Part shown: piece after piece, positions 1-10,800 of the stretch
How positions within the stretch are numbered: the stretch's first letter is position 1
Layout of the letters: every line of letters begins with the position of its first letter
IMG/VR virus record: IMGVR_UViG_3300047558_000077
Span: 64,001-128,000 of that record
Source: a virus
Direction: 5' to 3' (one strand)
DNA: 64,000 bases
Made by a program: the position numbers and the translations under genes
Notes under the pieces: generated by a model
The model's input: the letters and a program-made list of their open reading frames with translations, nothing else
What the model was told of the DNA's origin: nothing
Database searches by the model: none

Positions 1-453
1 CCACAGTAGGCGAAATGCTTGATATCGCCCATCGTGTATTGTCGGAGAATAAATCATGAAAGAGTTGGTTTTCGCTATCATTAGCATTTGTCTAAATACA
101 GGTGAATGTGAAACCCATCAGATGAAAGTTGAGCCTCGTGTATGTCAGTTGAAGACAGTTCGTGCCCAGGTTCCAATGTCAGGTGAATGGAAAGACGCCA
201 CCGTAAAGTTCAAGTGCTAAAAGGAGAATGTTATGAGTGATAAAGCAAAGGTTACTTTTGATGCTGTTAGTGAGGCATATTGCCTTCTATCAGCATATGT
301 TCGTGAAGATGGTAAAGTCGGCACACGATACAATAAGGACCGAATACAGACTTTTGTTGTGTTTCTAGCAGAACTAATGAAACATGGTGATGTTGATTTG
401 GCAAGAGTTGAGTTTGATAATCAGTTTTCTGAATATGATGGTTCTGGTTTATC

Positions 454-663
454 ATGAAAGAGACGCACACCAGAACTCTGGTAAGAATGATTAGTTATCG
501 AATAACCGCATGGGCATTCACCATTTTATGGACTTTTCTTCTTACAGGAGATATCGGCAAATCTACCGGTTTTGCCACACTGCTACATATTTTACTAAGT
601 ATTGACTACTATATTCATGAAAGAGTATGGTTAAATATAAGATGGGGTCTAACGGAAAGGTGA
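454..663 (+). CDS. small membrane protein (DUF2061-like)
   Basis: 69 aa, two hydrophobic segments, 'RT..R.ISYR...YYIHERVW..I.WG' pattern. Confidence 0.55.
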   Translation: MKETHTRTLVRMISYRITAWAFTILWTFLLTGDIGKSTGFATLLHILLSIDYYIHERVWLNIRWGLTER

Positions 664-668
664 TTATA

Positions 669-908
669 ATGAGGAAGTTTTTGGTTCTATTCGCACTACT
701 ATTCAGCACAGCAGCACTAGCAGATGCACCATATGGCACATATTACAATCCGGTTCAGGATCCACCGTTCACAGGTGATTGGTCTGTTCCAGTTCATCGT
801 GGTATGTATTGTGTTCAGGGAACTTGGCATCGTGGATGGCTACGTCCTTGGGAAGGTTCTATCGTAATCAAGCCATCTTGTGGTACTGCGATCTATCAGA
901 TTCAGTAA
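669..908 (+). CDS. small exported protein
   Basis: signal peptide MRKFLVLFALLFSTAALA; start moved to ATG 669. Confidence 0.55.
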   Translation: MRKFLVLFALLFSTAALADAPYGTYYNPVQDPPFTGDWSVPVHRGMYCVQGTWHRGWLRPWEGSIVIKPSCGTAIYQIQ

Positions 909-912
909 CTCA

Positions 913-1500
913 ATGCTAGTCATCGATCATTTATTCTCAAAAGAAAATCAGGATTTGATTGAAACATCCGCCACAAGAATACCGTGGTTTTTTCAAGAGA
1001 ACACCTGCGACTTCTCATATATCAAAGGTTATCCTGAAACTATAGCTGGTGTAAAAGAAACACCGTTCTTTGTTAATATGATGGTCGATGACTTTAAAGT
1101 CCAATCAGATTACTATAAGTATTTTGCGCCGATTGTTGTGCATCTAGAAAAGCACACAGGTCGTTCATTTCGGAATAGATTGTTTCGTATGAAGGCCAAT
1201 ATGTATCTAAGACAACCCGACTATCCGGAAGGGTTCTTCCACACACCGCATGTGGATGTGTATGATGAAAAAACAGATACGACCGGTGAGGGTGAAATCT
1301 TTCTTTACTATGTTGATAAGAGTGACGGTCCGACATACATGTTCAATGAAAGATTTCCTACAAAAGATGTGACAAAGAGAGGAATGATATCACCGGAAAA
1401 AGGTAAAGGTGTTCTGTTCGATCTTCAAACACAACATGCTAGTTCTCCGCCTCGAATACATGAAAAACGGATCACGTTAAACTTCGTATTCACTAAATAA
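913..1500 (+). CDS. 2OG-Fe(II) oxygenase family protein
   Basis: HxD (PHVD), distal H (QHASS) and RITLNF motif; start at ATG 913. Confidence 0.75.
   Translation: MLVIDHLFSKENQDLIETSATRIPWFFQENTCDFSYIKGYPETIAGVKETPFFVNMMVDDFKVQSDYYKYFAPIVVHLEKHTGRSFRNRLFRMKANMYLRQPDYPEGFFHTPHVDVYDEKTDTTGEGEIFLYYVDKSDGPTYMFNERFPTKDVTKRGMISPEKGKGVLFDLQTQHASSPPRIHEKRITLNFVFTK
1493..1499 (+). promoter_or_regulatory. T4-type late promoter (CTAAATA variant of TATAAATA)
   Basis: upstream of holin-like gene; same (C/A)TAAATA motif at 13539, 15201, 18834, 21001, 21716, 25413, 27867, 29898, 59576, 61955, at or next to gene boundaries. Confidence 0.55.
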
Positions 1501-1534
1501 GAGTGCCTAGCTAGGCATCTTAAAGGAGATTATT

Positions 1535-1762
1535 ATGTTCAAGAATCTAACAGTCAACTGGAAGACAACTGTTGCTGCCCTTATTCCACTAGTAGCATAC
1601 GGTCTAAAGTATGCTGGAGTTTGGCCAGAGAACATGCCACTTCCACCATTTGACGAAGTATGGCCATTTGTTCTAGGTCTTATTGGTGTCGGTGTTGCCG
1701 CTAAGGATAGCAACGTTACCAATTCAACAAATACAATCGAGCCACACAAGGTCGATCTATAA
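1535..1762 (+). CDS. putative holin
   Basis: 75 aa, two TM helices, NWKTT...AAKD pattern, late promoter upstream, adjacent to spanins. Confidence 0.55.
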   Translation: MFKNLTVNWKTTVAALIPLVAYGLKYAGVWPENMPLPPFDEVWPFVLGLIGVGVAAKDSNVTNSTNTIEPHKVDL

Positions 1763-1770
1763 TATGAACT

Positions 1771-1793
1771 GGGCGGATTTACTCCGCCCTTTT
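1771..1793 (+). terminator. rho-independent terminator between convergent genes
   Basis: GGGCGGA-tttac-TCCGCCC followed by TTTT. Confidence 0.65.
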
Positions 1794-2060
1794 CACTTTC
1801 TTGTCAGCATCTTTTAGAAACTGACGAATTGACTCTATGGAACTTTTACATGTCAAATTGTTCTTATGTAGTTGAACAACCAACTTCGCAACCTGACTGT
1901 CCGTCAAAGTCTTCCAGTTCGGAAACTCTTTCACAACAGGACAATAATACATTGCCTCGTCAGGATGAACTACCATATGACGATATGACTTTATCACCTG
2001 CGACTGGTCATTACAAGAGGCCAGTAACAATACGCCTAACAATAGAATAATCTTTTTCAT
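1779..2060 (-). CDS. o-spanin (outer-membrane lipoprotein)
   Basis: lipobox LLASC, overlaps end of upstream i-spanin-like gene. Confidence 0.65.
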   Translation of the reverse strand: MKKIILLLGVLLLASCNDQSQVIKSYRHMVVHPDEAMYYCPVVKEFPNWKTLTDSQVAKLVVQLHKNNLTCKSSIESIRQFLKDADKKVKRAE

Positions 2061-2440
2061 TTCATTTCCTCTAAGGATCTGATTGTGTCTTTTAGTATCT
2101 GTGAGGATTCTCTATCACGACCAGCGCCAACATGCTTATCAATCTGTGAAACGACGGACTCTAACTTCTTTTCTAGTTGTCTATTCTTTTGGGTAAGACC
2201 ATTGATTGCTTCCGATCTTGCTCGATTGACGTTCTCGATTTCCTCGATGTAAGCATTCCGATCTTTTATTGTCTGTTCCAACTGTTTGATGTTGTATTGC
2301 TGGAGTGCCATTTGTTTTTCGTTATTGACAATCTCACGGTGTTTCATGTATAATCCGCCTGCCAGCCCTGCTACAATGACAAGAATGGAAAGCCACTTTA
2401 TGGAACCTGATGTAATGAGAGATAAAAGAATTGTAGGCAT
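2057..2440 (-). CDS. i-spanin
   Basis: single N-terminal TM followed by long coiled coil, directly upstream of lipoprotein. Confidence 0.65.
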   Translation of the reverse strand: MPTILLSLITSGSIKWLSILVIVAGLAGGLYMKHREIVNNEKQMALQQYNIKQLEQTIKDRNAYIEEIENVNRARSEAINGLTQKNRQLEKKLESVVSQIDKHVGAGRDRESSQILKDTIRSLEEMK

Positions 2441-2441
2441 C

Positions 2442-2469
2442 TTGACACCTCCGCACAGTATGCTATACT
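2442..2469 (+). promoter_or_regulatory. sigma70-type early promoter
   Basis: TTGACA-16-TATACT. Confidence 0.55.
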
Positions 2470-2495
2470 ATATATCTATGTGAGAGGAAAGGTAA

Positions 2496-2693
2496 ATGAT
2501 CTTATGTTCCTGTAACACAATCTCTTCCAATACCGTAGAGCAAATCATGAATGAGCATCCGTTTGACGATGTTCCTTCAGTTCAAGAGATAATGGAGAAA
2601 CATGGTTGCTCTGTTGTCTGTGCCACTTGTGCCCATAACATCAAGATTGAAATAAGGAGACATTATGAAAATCAAAATCGGACCGTATGTTGA
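2496..2693 (+). CDS. Bfd-like [2Fe-2S] protein (bacterioferritin-associated ferredoxin family)
   Basis: 65 aa, M-I-L-C-S-C at N-terminus and C-x2-C (CATC) about 35 aa later. Confidence 0.7.
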   Translation: MILCSCNTISSNTVEQIMNEHPFDDVPSVQEIMEKHGCSVVCATCAHNIKIEIRRHYENQNRTVC

Positions 2694-3204
2694 TTGGATC
2701 GGACCTTATCAGATTGCTGATAAGATTCCTTTTATTAGCGAAGATCGTGCTGAAAAGATTGGCGATTGGCTTGCTGATACTTGGGTAAACGATTTTTGTA
2801 ACTGGATTCAAGAAAAGAAAAAGCGTAAGATTGATATTCGTATTGATCGGTATGATACTTGGAGCATGGACCATACACTTGCTCTTATCATTGTTCCTAT
2901 GCTCAAGCAGTTGCGAGATACCAAGCACGGTTCTCCTCTTGTTGATAACGAGGATGTTCCGGAGCATATGCGATATAGCAGTCTTGGTCCTGATGATCCT
3001 GAGTGGTGGCCAGATAACTGGGTTCATTACAAGTGGGAATGGGTTCTAAACGAAATGATTTGGACCTTTGAACAACTTGCGGATGATGATGACAGAGGTG
3101 AACAACTGTTTATGCTTGACAGAGACAAGTATAATGAGTATAATGATCGTGTTAAGAACGGACTTCGCCTTTTCGGCAAGTATTATCGTGGACTATGGGA
3201 CTAA
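2665..3204 (+). CDS. conserved phage hypothetical protein
   Basis: 179 aa, 'DTWSMDHTLALII.PMLKQL...GLRLFGKYYRGLWD' pattern common in T4-like phages. Confidence 0.6.
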   Translation: MKIKIGPYVDWIGPYQIADKIPFISEDRAEKIGDWLADTWVNDFCNWIQEKKKRKIDIRIDRYDTWSMDHTLALIIVPMLKQLRDTKHGSPLVDNEDVPEHMRYSSLGPDDPEWWPDNWVHYKWEWVLNEMIWTFEQLADDDDRGEQLFMLDRDKYNEYNDRVKNGLRLFGKYYRGLWD

Positions 3205-3424
3205 GGAGAAAGACTATGATTCCATCTAGTGAAAGTGCAATGCATGTCCTTGAGACAGCATTCAAGCAGCGTGCCTTTGATGGCAAGTGGGAACGAATCG
3301 TCAAGATTATGGATCTTGATAACTCTTATTCATTCGTGAATGAGAATGGTAATCGCACTACTCTAATTCCGGAGAAGTGGGTAACGGTCGGTGTTTACGA
3401 CTATCTTATGGAGATTGCAGACTA

Positions 3425-3733
3425 ATGGCAAACAATGTAAAACTAATCAAGTTCCTCGGCGGTGAAGAGATTGTTGCTGAGGTTGTATCAGAAACAGATA
3501 ACACAATTGAAGTAAAGAATGCTGTTCGTATCGTTGTGATTCCCGACCAGCTAAATCCAAAGACACCGCAGGTCGGTCTTGCGCCGTATCTACAGTTTAG
3601 TGATACACGAGAACTAACATTCAATCGCAATCTAGTTGTCACAACTGCCGTGCCTCTTACTGACTTTCTAAATCAGTATAACAGCCTATTTGGCGGCATT
3701 CAGATTCCTAACTCAAAGATCATTACACCTTGA
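3425..3733 (+). CDS. small Sm-like beta-barrel protein of T4-like phages
   Basis: 'VKLIKFLGGEEIVAEV' N-terminus, immediately upstream of DNA polymerase. Confidence 0.5.
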   Translation: MANNVKLIKFLGGEEIVAEVVSETDNTIEVKNAVRIVVIPDQLNPKTPQVGLAPYLQFSDTRELTFNRNLVVTTAVPLTDFLNQYNSLFGGIQIPNSKIITP

Positions 3734-6285
3734 TGAATAAATTTTATACGAATGTTGAGATATGGGGCGGCAAAATCCTATATCGTGGTGTTGAAAACGG
3801 TGTCTGTGTTCGATACAAGGTAGATTACAACCCTACCTTGTTCGTACCTTCCGATAAGCCAACCAAATACACGACAATCTATGGTGAGTATGTTGGGCCT
3901 GTAAAGCCTGGCACCATCCGTGATTGTCGTAATTTTGTTAAGCAATATGATGGTGTTGACAACTTCAAGATTTATGGTAATCAACGTTATCAATATTGCT
4001 TTATTGCCGATGAGTTTGAGGGAACCGTCGATTGGGATATTTCAAAGATTAAAATTGCTAACATCGATATCGAAGTCGGTGAACCTGACGGTGGTGGATT
4101 TCCTGAGCCAGATAAGGCCGACGGTGCGATAACTGCCATTACAATCAAGATGAACGGCTATTTCACCACTTTTGGTTGTGGTGAATATGAGAACACACGT
4201 TCTGATGTGAGATATTTTAAATGTATGGATGAGTTCGATCTCATTCGTAAGTTTCTAGGTTGGTGGCAAAGTGAGTATCCTGATATCATTACTGGATGGA
4301 ATGTCGAAGTCTTCGATATTCCTTATCTTATCAATCGTATCGTAAAACTACTAGGTGAGAGTGAAGCAAAGAAGTTGTCACCATGGAATGTTATTAACAC
4401 CAAGGTTCTGGAAATTGGTGTGAATCGTCGTGGTCAAGGATATTCTATTTTAGGTGTTGCCACACTAGATTTACTTTCACTATATAGAAGATACGCTCCT
4501 GATGGAAAATCACAAGAGTCTTATAAATTGGACAACATCGCTCATGTTGAGTTGGGCGAACGCAAACTGTCCTACGAAGAATATGGTTCTCTACACAATC
4601 TTTACAAAGAGGACTATCAAAAGTTCATCGATTATAACATCAAAGACGTTGATCTAGTTGATCGTATCGATGATAAAGGTAAGTTTATTGAACTAGCACT
4701 AACTCTATCTTATGATAACAAGTGCAACTACGAGGACGTGTTCGCACAGGTCCGCATGTGGGACGTTATTTGTTTTCACCATTTGAAATCAAAGAACATA
4801 GTTGTCCCTCCTATTGAGAAACACGAGAAGGAGGCTGCCTATGTTGGCGCATACGTTAAAGATCCTATTATTGGCTTCCATGATTGCGTGGTTAGTTTCG
4901 ACGTTAATTCAGAGTATCCGTCTGTTATTATGGGGTCCAATATCTCTCCTGAGACGATTGTTGAACCTGATTCTTATAGCGATGCTATGCGGGCTATTGT
5001 TGCCTCTGGTGTCAGTGTTGATAAACTTCTCAATCGTTCCATTGATACATCATGCCTAAAGGCAGACAATGTTTGTTTGACTGCTAACGGTCAGTTCTAT
5101 CGCCGTGATAAGCAAGGCTTCATGCCTGAAATGGTCGAGAAGATGTTCGCCGATCGTAAGGTATATAAGAAGAAGATGCTTGAGGCGCAAGCAGAGTATG
5201 AGACAGAGACCGATTCCGATAAGAGAGCGGAACTAAAAAACAAGATTGCGAGATATAACAATCTACAACTCTCTAAGAAAGTATCGCTAAACTCCTTATA
5301 TGGTGCTATGGGTTCAAAGTATTTTAGATTCTTTGACCTTCGTAATGCCACTGCCGTCACGACTACGGGTCAACTTAGCATTCGTTGGATCGAAAACGAT
5401 ATCAATAAGTATCTAAACAAACTATTGAAAACGGAGAAAGATTATGTTATTGCGGTCGATACTGACTCGGTGTATCTCAATCTTGCAGAGGTGGTTAGGA
5501 AAACTTTTAGCACACAGAATGTCGATCCAATTCGTGGAATCTCATTCATGGACAAGGTCTGCGAAACTGCTATTCAGCCAGTTATTGATAAGTCTTGCAA
5601 CCTACTTGGGGATTATACTAATGTCTATCAACAAAAGATTGTCATGAAGCGAGAGGTCTTGGCAGATAAAGCAATCTGGACTGCCAAGAAGCGTTACATT
5701 CTAAACGTCCATAACTCCGAAGGCGTGCAATACGCTAAGCCTAAGAAGAAAGTTATGGGCCTTGAAATGATCAAGAGTTCCACACCTACAGCATGTAGAG
5801 ACAAACTAAGAGAGGTTGTTGATGTTATCTTTGATGAAGACGAGGCGGCTGTCCAGTCTTTTATTCAAACTTTCCGTGGTGAATTTCAAAATCTTCCTCT
5901 GGCAGATATTGCTTTTCCTCGGGGAGTTAATGGTCTTGATAAATATAGTGATTCGAAATCTATATATGCATCCGGTTGTCCTATCCATGTTCGTGGTTCT
6001 CTCGTATATAATCATCTTTTACACATTCATAATCTTACTTCTAAGTATCCACTAATCCTGTCGGGTGAAAAGATCAAGTTCATTCATCTGAAAGAACCTA
6101 ATACAGTTCAATCAAACATCATAGCTTTTCCACAAGGTAATATACCGAAAGAATTTGACTTGCATAAGTATATAGATTATAATCTACAGTTTCAAAAGGC
6201 ATTTCTAGATCCACTTATCATCATTCTTGGTGCTATTGGCTGGAAGCCAGAACGAAGCGCAAGTTTGGAGGACTTCTTCTCATGA
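3730..6285 (+). CDS. 43: family B DNA polymerase (T4 gp43-like)
   Basis: exonuclease DIE motif, SFDVNSEYPS, K..LNSLYG, DTDS, KKRY. Confidence 0.97.
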   Translation: MMNKFYTNVEIWGGKILYRGVENGVCVRYKVDYNPTLFVPSDKPTKYTTIYGEYVGPVKPGTIRDCRNFVKQYDGVDNFKIYGNQRYQYCFIADEFEGTVDWDISKIKIANIDIEVGEPDGGGFPEPDKADGAITAITIKMNGYFTTFGCGEYENTRSDVRYFKCMDEFDLIRKFLGWWQSEYPDIITGWNVEVFDIPYLINRIVKLLGESEAKKLSPWNVINTKVLEIGVNRRGQGYSILGVATLDLLSLYRRYAPDGKSQESYKLDNIAHVELGERKLSYEEYGSLHNLYKEDYQKFIDYNIKDVDLVDRIDDKGKFIELALTLSYDNKCNYEDVFAQVRMWDVICFHHLKSKNIVVPPIEKHEKEAAYVGAYVKDPIIGFHDCVVSFDVNSEYPSVIMGSNISPETIVEPDSYSDAMRAIVASGVSVDKLLNRSIDTSCLKADNVCLTANGQFYRRDKQGFMPEMVEKMFADRKVYKKKMLEAQAEYETETDSDKRAELKNKIARYNNLQLSKKVSLNSLYGAMGSKYFRFFDLRNATAVTTTGQLSIRWIENDINKYLNKLLKTEKDYVIAVDTDSVYLNLAEVVRKTFSTQNVDPIRGISFMDKVCETAIQPVIDKSCNLLGDYTNVYQQKIVMKREVLADKAIWTAKKRYILNVHNSEGVQYAKPKKKVMGLEMIKSSTPTACRDKLREVVDVIFDEDEAAVQSFIQTFRGEFQNLPLADIAFPRGVNGLDKYSDSKSIYASGCPIHVRGSLVYNHLLHIHNLTSKYPLILSGEKIKFIHLKEPNTVQSNIIAFPQGNIPKEFDLHKYIDYNLQFQKAFLDPLIIILGAIGWKPERSASLEDFFS

Positions 6286-7862
6286 GTAAACCAATTAATA
6301 AAATAGTTATCGTCGGAGGTGGTTCTGCTGGTTGGATGACAGCGGCCACGCTCATTCAAAGATTAGATAATCGTGAGATTGTTCTAATTGAAGATCCTAA
6401 TACGCCTACAGTCGGCGTCGGTGAATCCACACTTGGGTTTATCAATGAATGGATGCGTCTACTCGGCATTAAAGACACAGACTTTATGAGAGAGTGTAAT
6501 GCGACTTATAAGATGTCTATTAGCTTCACAGACTTTTATAAGAAGGGTTCAGGAACCTTTCATTATCCCTTTGGCGGTGTTGATATCACAGGAAACACAT
6601 ATGCAAAGAATGACTGGTATCTAAAGAAATTTCTGCATCCAGAAACACCAATCTCCGACTATGCGGATAATGTATATCCTATCATGTCATTGGTGAACGC
6701 TAATAGAATGACAAGTGAATCGATTTTACCTGGTTACAATTTTCACAATGATGTTGCGTTTCATTTTGATGCTGCCAAGTTTGGTGTTTGGTTGCGTGAG
6801 AAGTATGCTATTCCAAGGGGTGTTAAGTATATTCAAGGTAAAGTCAGACACATTCCAGTAAACGAAGACGGTGTAGAAAAACTAATACTTGATAGTGGTG
6901 AAGAGATCACCGCCGATTTGTATATCGATTGCACAGGTTTTAGATCAATCATTCTCGGTGAAGCGTTGCATGAACCTTTCATCTCATATCATGACATTCT
7001 ACCTAACAATTCTGCCTGGGCCGCACAAGTACCATACATTGATAAAAAGAAACAGATTGTTCCTTGGACTGATTGTCATGCAATAGAAAACGGCTGGGTA
7101 TGGAGTATTCCATTGTGGAGCCGTATGGGTATGGGCTATGTGTATTCTGACAGATACATCGATGATGCAGGTGCCTTGCAAGAGTTCAAGGATCATCTAA
7201 ACAAATATGGAATGTTAAAAGAAGATCAACATTTTCATAACATCAAATTTAGAGCCGGTATTCATAATCGTATTTGGGTGAAGAATGTTGCAGCTATTGG
7301 TTTGTCAGCGGGCTTTATCGAACCTCTAGAAAGCAATGGATTGTTTAGTGTTCATATGTTTCTTGTTAGATTGCTTCGTGCAATCGATAGAGACAAAGAT
7401 GAACATCTTGTTTCAGAATATGATCGCAATAGTTACAACTGGTCATGTCGAACAATGTTTGATGGCTTTTCACAGTTTGTTGCGTTGCATTATGCCCTAT
7501 CACACAGAACCGATACAGAGTATTGGAAAGATGTTGGTAGAAGAGACTATTGTGATGTTGATAAGTCGCTTCAAAGAGGAGTATCTAGAAACGAGTCATT
7601 CATTTCAGCTTTTGATTATAAGTATAACACTACACGATTTGGTGATGATGGCTTGAATGCTATTGCAACAGGACTAAATTACTTCTCAACAGATATGCAT
7701 TTTATCCATGCAATGAATGCATCAAATGTGAATCTTGCCGAGGAGTTTGATGTTATAACCAAACGACTAAACGCAAAGAAAGAGCTATGGGATTATATAG
7801 CTTCAAAATGTCCAACTACATACGATTTTTTAAAAGAAAGGATCTATCATGGCGAAGACTAA
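6282..7862 (+). CDS. flavin-dependent tryptophan halogenase family protein
   Basis: GGGSAG, GVGEST, ATYK (catalytic Lys position), WVWSIP, FIEPLES. Confidence 0.88.
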   Translation: MSKPINKIVIVGGGSAGWMTAATLIQRLDNREIVLIEDPNTPTVGVGESTLGFINEWMRLLGIKDTDFMRECNATYKMSISFTDFYKKGSGTFHYPFGGVDITGNTYAKNDWYLKKFLHPETPISDYADNVYPIMSLVNANRMTSESILPGYNFHNDVAFHFDAAKFGVWLREKYAIPRGVKYIQGKVRHIPVNEDGVEKLILDSGEEITADLYIDCTGFRSIILGEALHEPFISYHDILPNNSAWAAQVPYIDKKKQIVPWTDCHAIENGWVWSIPLWSRMGMGYVYSDRYIDDAGALQEFKDHLNKYGMLKEDQHFHNIKFRAGIHNRIWVKNVAAIGLSAGFIEPLESNGLFSVHMFLVRLLRAIDRDKDEHLVSEYDRNSYNWSCRTMFDGFSQFVALHYALSHRTDTEYWKDVGRRDYCDVDKSLQRGVSRNESFISAFDYKYNTTRFGDDGLNAIATGLNYFSTDMHFIHAMNASNVNLAEEFDVITKRLNAKKELWDYIASKCPTTYDFLKERIYHGED

Positions 7863-8077
7863 AAAAGACGATCACCATAAACACTCACCTGCTCGTCTTT
7901 ATGAATTTGCGCCTAAAGACGGAATAACTCCGAACAATATTGTTGAACTAGCAAAGATTGTTCGAGTAGGTGTTGGTGGTGACCTATTTGAAAAACTATC
8001 ACCAGAATTACAAAAGCACTTCAAAGAAGTTGCCTAACGAGATTGTTAGGTGACTACTGACAAAAAAGGAGATTCTT

Positions 8078-9145
8078 ATGTCAGACATTTTCAATAAACT
8101 ATTAGCAGAAACAAATAACGAATACGCAGGCATCGTGGACGATGGTGTAGCGGCAGGCGATGTGTCAGGTTTCATTGGCACAGGATCATATGCTATGAAT
8201 GCTTTGCTTTCAGGTTCAATCTATGGAGGTCTACCGCAGAACAAGGTTACAGCATTTGCCGGTGAGCCTTCTGTTGGTAAGACCTTTTATGCGTTGAATG
8301 TGGTGAAACAGTTTCTAGAAGATAATGCAGATGGCTTTGTATTTTACTTTGAGTCAGAGTCCGCTATTTCCAAGCAGTTCATTACTGATCGTGGCATTGA
8401 CGCAAGGCGTGTTGGCATTGTTCCTGTGGCTACGGTGCAGGAGTTTAGAACGCAAGCGGTAAAGATCCTAGATAGATATCTAGAAGGCAAAGATAAGCCA
8501 CCGATGTTGTTTGTTCTCGATTCTCTTGGCAATCTTTCTACAGATAAAGAAATGCAAGACATTGCCGATGGTAAAGACACAAGAGACATGACACGAGCCC
8601 AGTTGGTTCGTGGTGCCTTTCGTGTTCTTACATTGAAACTTGGTAAGGCTAAAGTTCCACTAATCGTCACCAATCACGTTTATGACGTTGTTGGTGCATA
8701 TGTTCCAATGAAGAAGATGGGTGGTGGTTCTGGTCTAGAGTATGCTGCATCAACAATCATCTTCCTATCAAAGAAGAAAGACAAGACACTAGACGACGAT
8801 AACGGTCGCACCGGTGCCGTAATCACCGCACATCTCAAGAAGTCTCGTATGACTATTGAAGATAAGAAGGTTGAGACATGGCTAAATTATACATCAGGAC
8901 TTGATAGATATTATGGTTTGCTAGATTTGGCAGAACGATATGGTATCGTCAATAAGGTATCAACTCGATATGAGTTTCCTGATGGACGTAAAGCATTTGA
9001 AAAAGAAATCAAAAAGAACCCAGAAAAGTTCTTTACAAAAGAGATTTTAGATGCTATAAATGAAGGGTGTCAATCAGACTTCATGTATGGAAAGTATAAT
9101 GAAACGGAAGAGGTTGAGGAGGTAGAAGATGGAAGCGGCGACTGA
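8078..9145 (+). CDS. uvsX: UvsX/RecA-like recombinase
   Basis: GEPSVGKT Walker A, VLDSLG, DMTRA, MGGG.G..YAAS. Confidence 0.95.
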   Translation: MSDIFNKLLAETNNEYAGIVDDGVAAGDVSGFIGTGSYAMNALLSGSIYGGLPQNKVTAFAGEPSVGKTFYALNVVKQFLEDNADGFVFYFESESAISKQFITDRGIDARRVGIVPVATVQEFRTQAVKILDRYLEGKDKPPMLFVLDSLGNLSTDKEMQDIADGKDTRDMTRAQLVRGAFRVLTLKLGKAKVPLIVTNHVYDVVGAYVPMKKMGGGSGLEYAASTIIFLSKKKDKTLDDDNGRTGAVITAHLKKSRMTIEDKKVETWLNYTSGLDRYYGLLDLAERYGIVNKVSTRYEFPDGRKAFEKEIKKNPEKFFTKEILDAINEGCQSDFMYGKYNETEEVEEVEDGSGD

Positions 9146-9500
9146 TTACGTTTTTAGAGATGACTTGTTTGATGCCAAAGAAGCCGGCTCAACAGTTCCT
9201 ATTGAGCTAAAGATTGAACCGTTTGTTGGTGTCGTATATCGATATACAACAGTTACTTTCAAGGTGGGCGAGGATGATATTCCTCGCCTACAATATGATT
9301 ACGAGATTATCAAAACAAATGATTTGTCTATGGTGACTTTACGAAAGAACCAAAAGTTCAATCACACCTTAGGACTTATACTAAATGCTATGTTGCTAGA
9401 TTTGGGAGATGCTGAAACGAATGAGATTGGAACAAATAATCCTCAAGAATCTGATACAGAAGGAAGACTTCACGAGGAAGGTTCTTCCATTCCTTCGTGA
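9129..9500 (+). CDS. gp40-like protein (head vertex assembly chaperone position)
   Basis: occupies the uvsX-40-41 position of T4; size consistent. Confidence 0.5.
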   Translation: MEAATDYVFRDDLFDAKEAGSTVPIELKIEPFVGVVYRYTTVTFKVGEDDIPRLQYDYEIIKTNDLSMVTLRKNQKFNHTLGLILNAMLLDLGDAETNEIGTNNPQESDTEGRLHEEGSSIPS

Positions 9501-10800
9501 GGATTATTTCTCTAATCAGGAAGATCGGCTGCTTTTCAAAGAAGTTGCCGACTTCATCCTCAAGTATAATCAGCAACCAACCTTTGATGCTCTTTCTATT
9601 GAGATTGATAACATTCGTGGTGGTACCGATGATACCATCAAGAGTATTCAGGAAACTCTCAAAGAACTAAAGAAAGATGAGGAGTCAACAAACGAGCAAT
9701 GGCTTGTTGATTCCACAGAAAAGTTCTGTCAAGAGAAAGCAATCTATAACGCTATCACACAATCATTGGAGATTATGAATGGACGAGGGAAACTCTCTAA
9801 GGGCGCTATACCTTCTCTGTTGTCTGATGCTTTGGCTATATCTTTTGATCCGAATGTTGGTCACGATTATCTAGAACAAACGAATGAACGATATGAGCAT
9901 TATCACCGTGTTGAAGAACGCCTTAGATTTGACCTTGATTTCTTTAACAAGATTACAAAGAATGGAGTTCCGAGAAAAACTCTTAATGTCGTTATGGGTG
10001 GTGTCGGTGGTGGTAAATCTCTTACTCTTTGTCATTTTTCTTCTAGTTATCTTACCATGGGCAAGAATGTTCTTTATATCACACTAGAACTAGCCGAAGA
10101 AGAAGTTGCCAAGCGTATTGATGCTAATCTAATGAACATTACGTTTGATGATCTAATGGCTTTGCCGAAAGATTTGTATGATAAGAAGATTGCCAATCTA
10201 AAGCAGAAGACAAATGGTAAACTTATCATCAAAGAGTATGCCACTGCAACAGCATCAACTATTCATTTTCGTTCCCTGTTAAACGAACTAAACCTCAAGA
10301 AAGGATTCGTACCAGATGTTATCATGGTCGACTATCTCAATATTTGTGCGTCATCCCGTATCAAGCCTGGTAATGGTGTTAATAGTTATACCTACGTTAA
10401 AGCGATTGCCGAAGAACTTCGAGGTCTAGCAGTCGAGTTCAATGTGCCAATCTGGTCAGCAACACAGTTGACCCGAAGTGGTTACACATCTACCGATCCA
10501 GGCATGGAAGATACATCTGAGTCCTTTGGTCTACCAGCAACGGCAGACTTCTTCGTGGCGCTTGTCGTAACGGAACAACTCTCACAGTTGAACCAGATTA
10601 TGGTAAAGCAGTTGAAGAACCGATACAACGATCCAGGAATCAACAAAAGATTTGTTATTGGTGTTGACAAAGCACGAATGAAGTTGTATGATGTTGAATC
10701 ATCGGCACAGGACTTGGCTGATTCAGGACAGGAAGAAGTTGCTCCAAAGCCAACATTCAACAAATCTAATACTAACAAGTTCAAGGGCTTAAAAGTATGA
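9421..10800 (+). CDS. 41: replicative DnaB-like helicase (gp41)
   Basis: GGVGGGKS, VDYLNI, ATQLTR, SESFGLPATAD, KQLKNRY. Confidence 0.95.
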   Translation: MRLEQIILKNLIQKEDFTRKVLPFLREDYFSNQEDRLLFKEVADFILKYNQQPTFDALSIEIDNIRGGTDDTIKSIQETLKELKKDEESTNEQWLVDSTEKFCQEKAIYNAITQSLEIMNGRGKLSKGAIPSLLSDALAISFDPNVGHDYLEQTNERYEHYHRVEERLRFDLDFFNKITKNGVPRKTLNVVMGGVGGGKSLTLCHFSSSYLTMGKNVLYITLELAEEEVAKRIDANLMNITFDDLMALPKDLYDKKIANLKQKTNGKLIIKEYATATASTIHFRSLLNELNLKKGFVPDVIMVDYLNICASSRIKPGNGVNSYTYVKAIAEELRGLAVEFNVPIWSATQLTRSGYTSTDPGMEDTSESFGLPATADFFVALVVTEQLSQLNQIMVKQLKNRYNDPGINKRFVIGVDKARMKLYDVESSAQDLADSGQEEVAPKPTFNKSNTNKFKGLKV

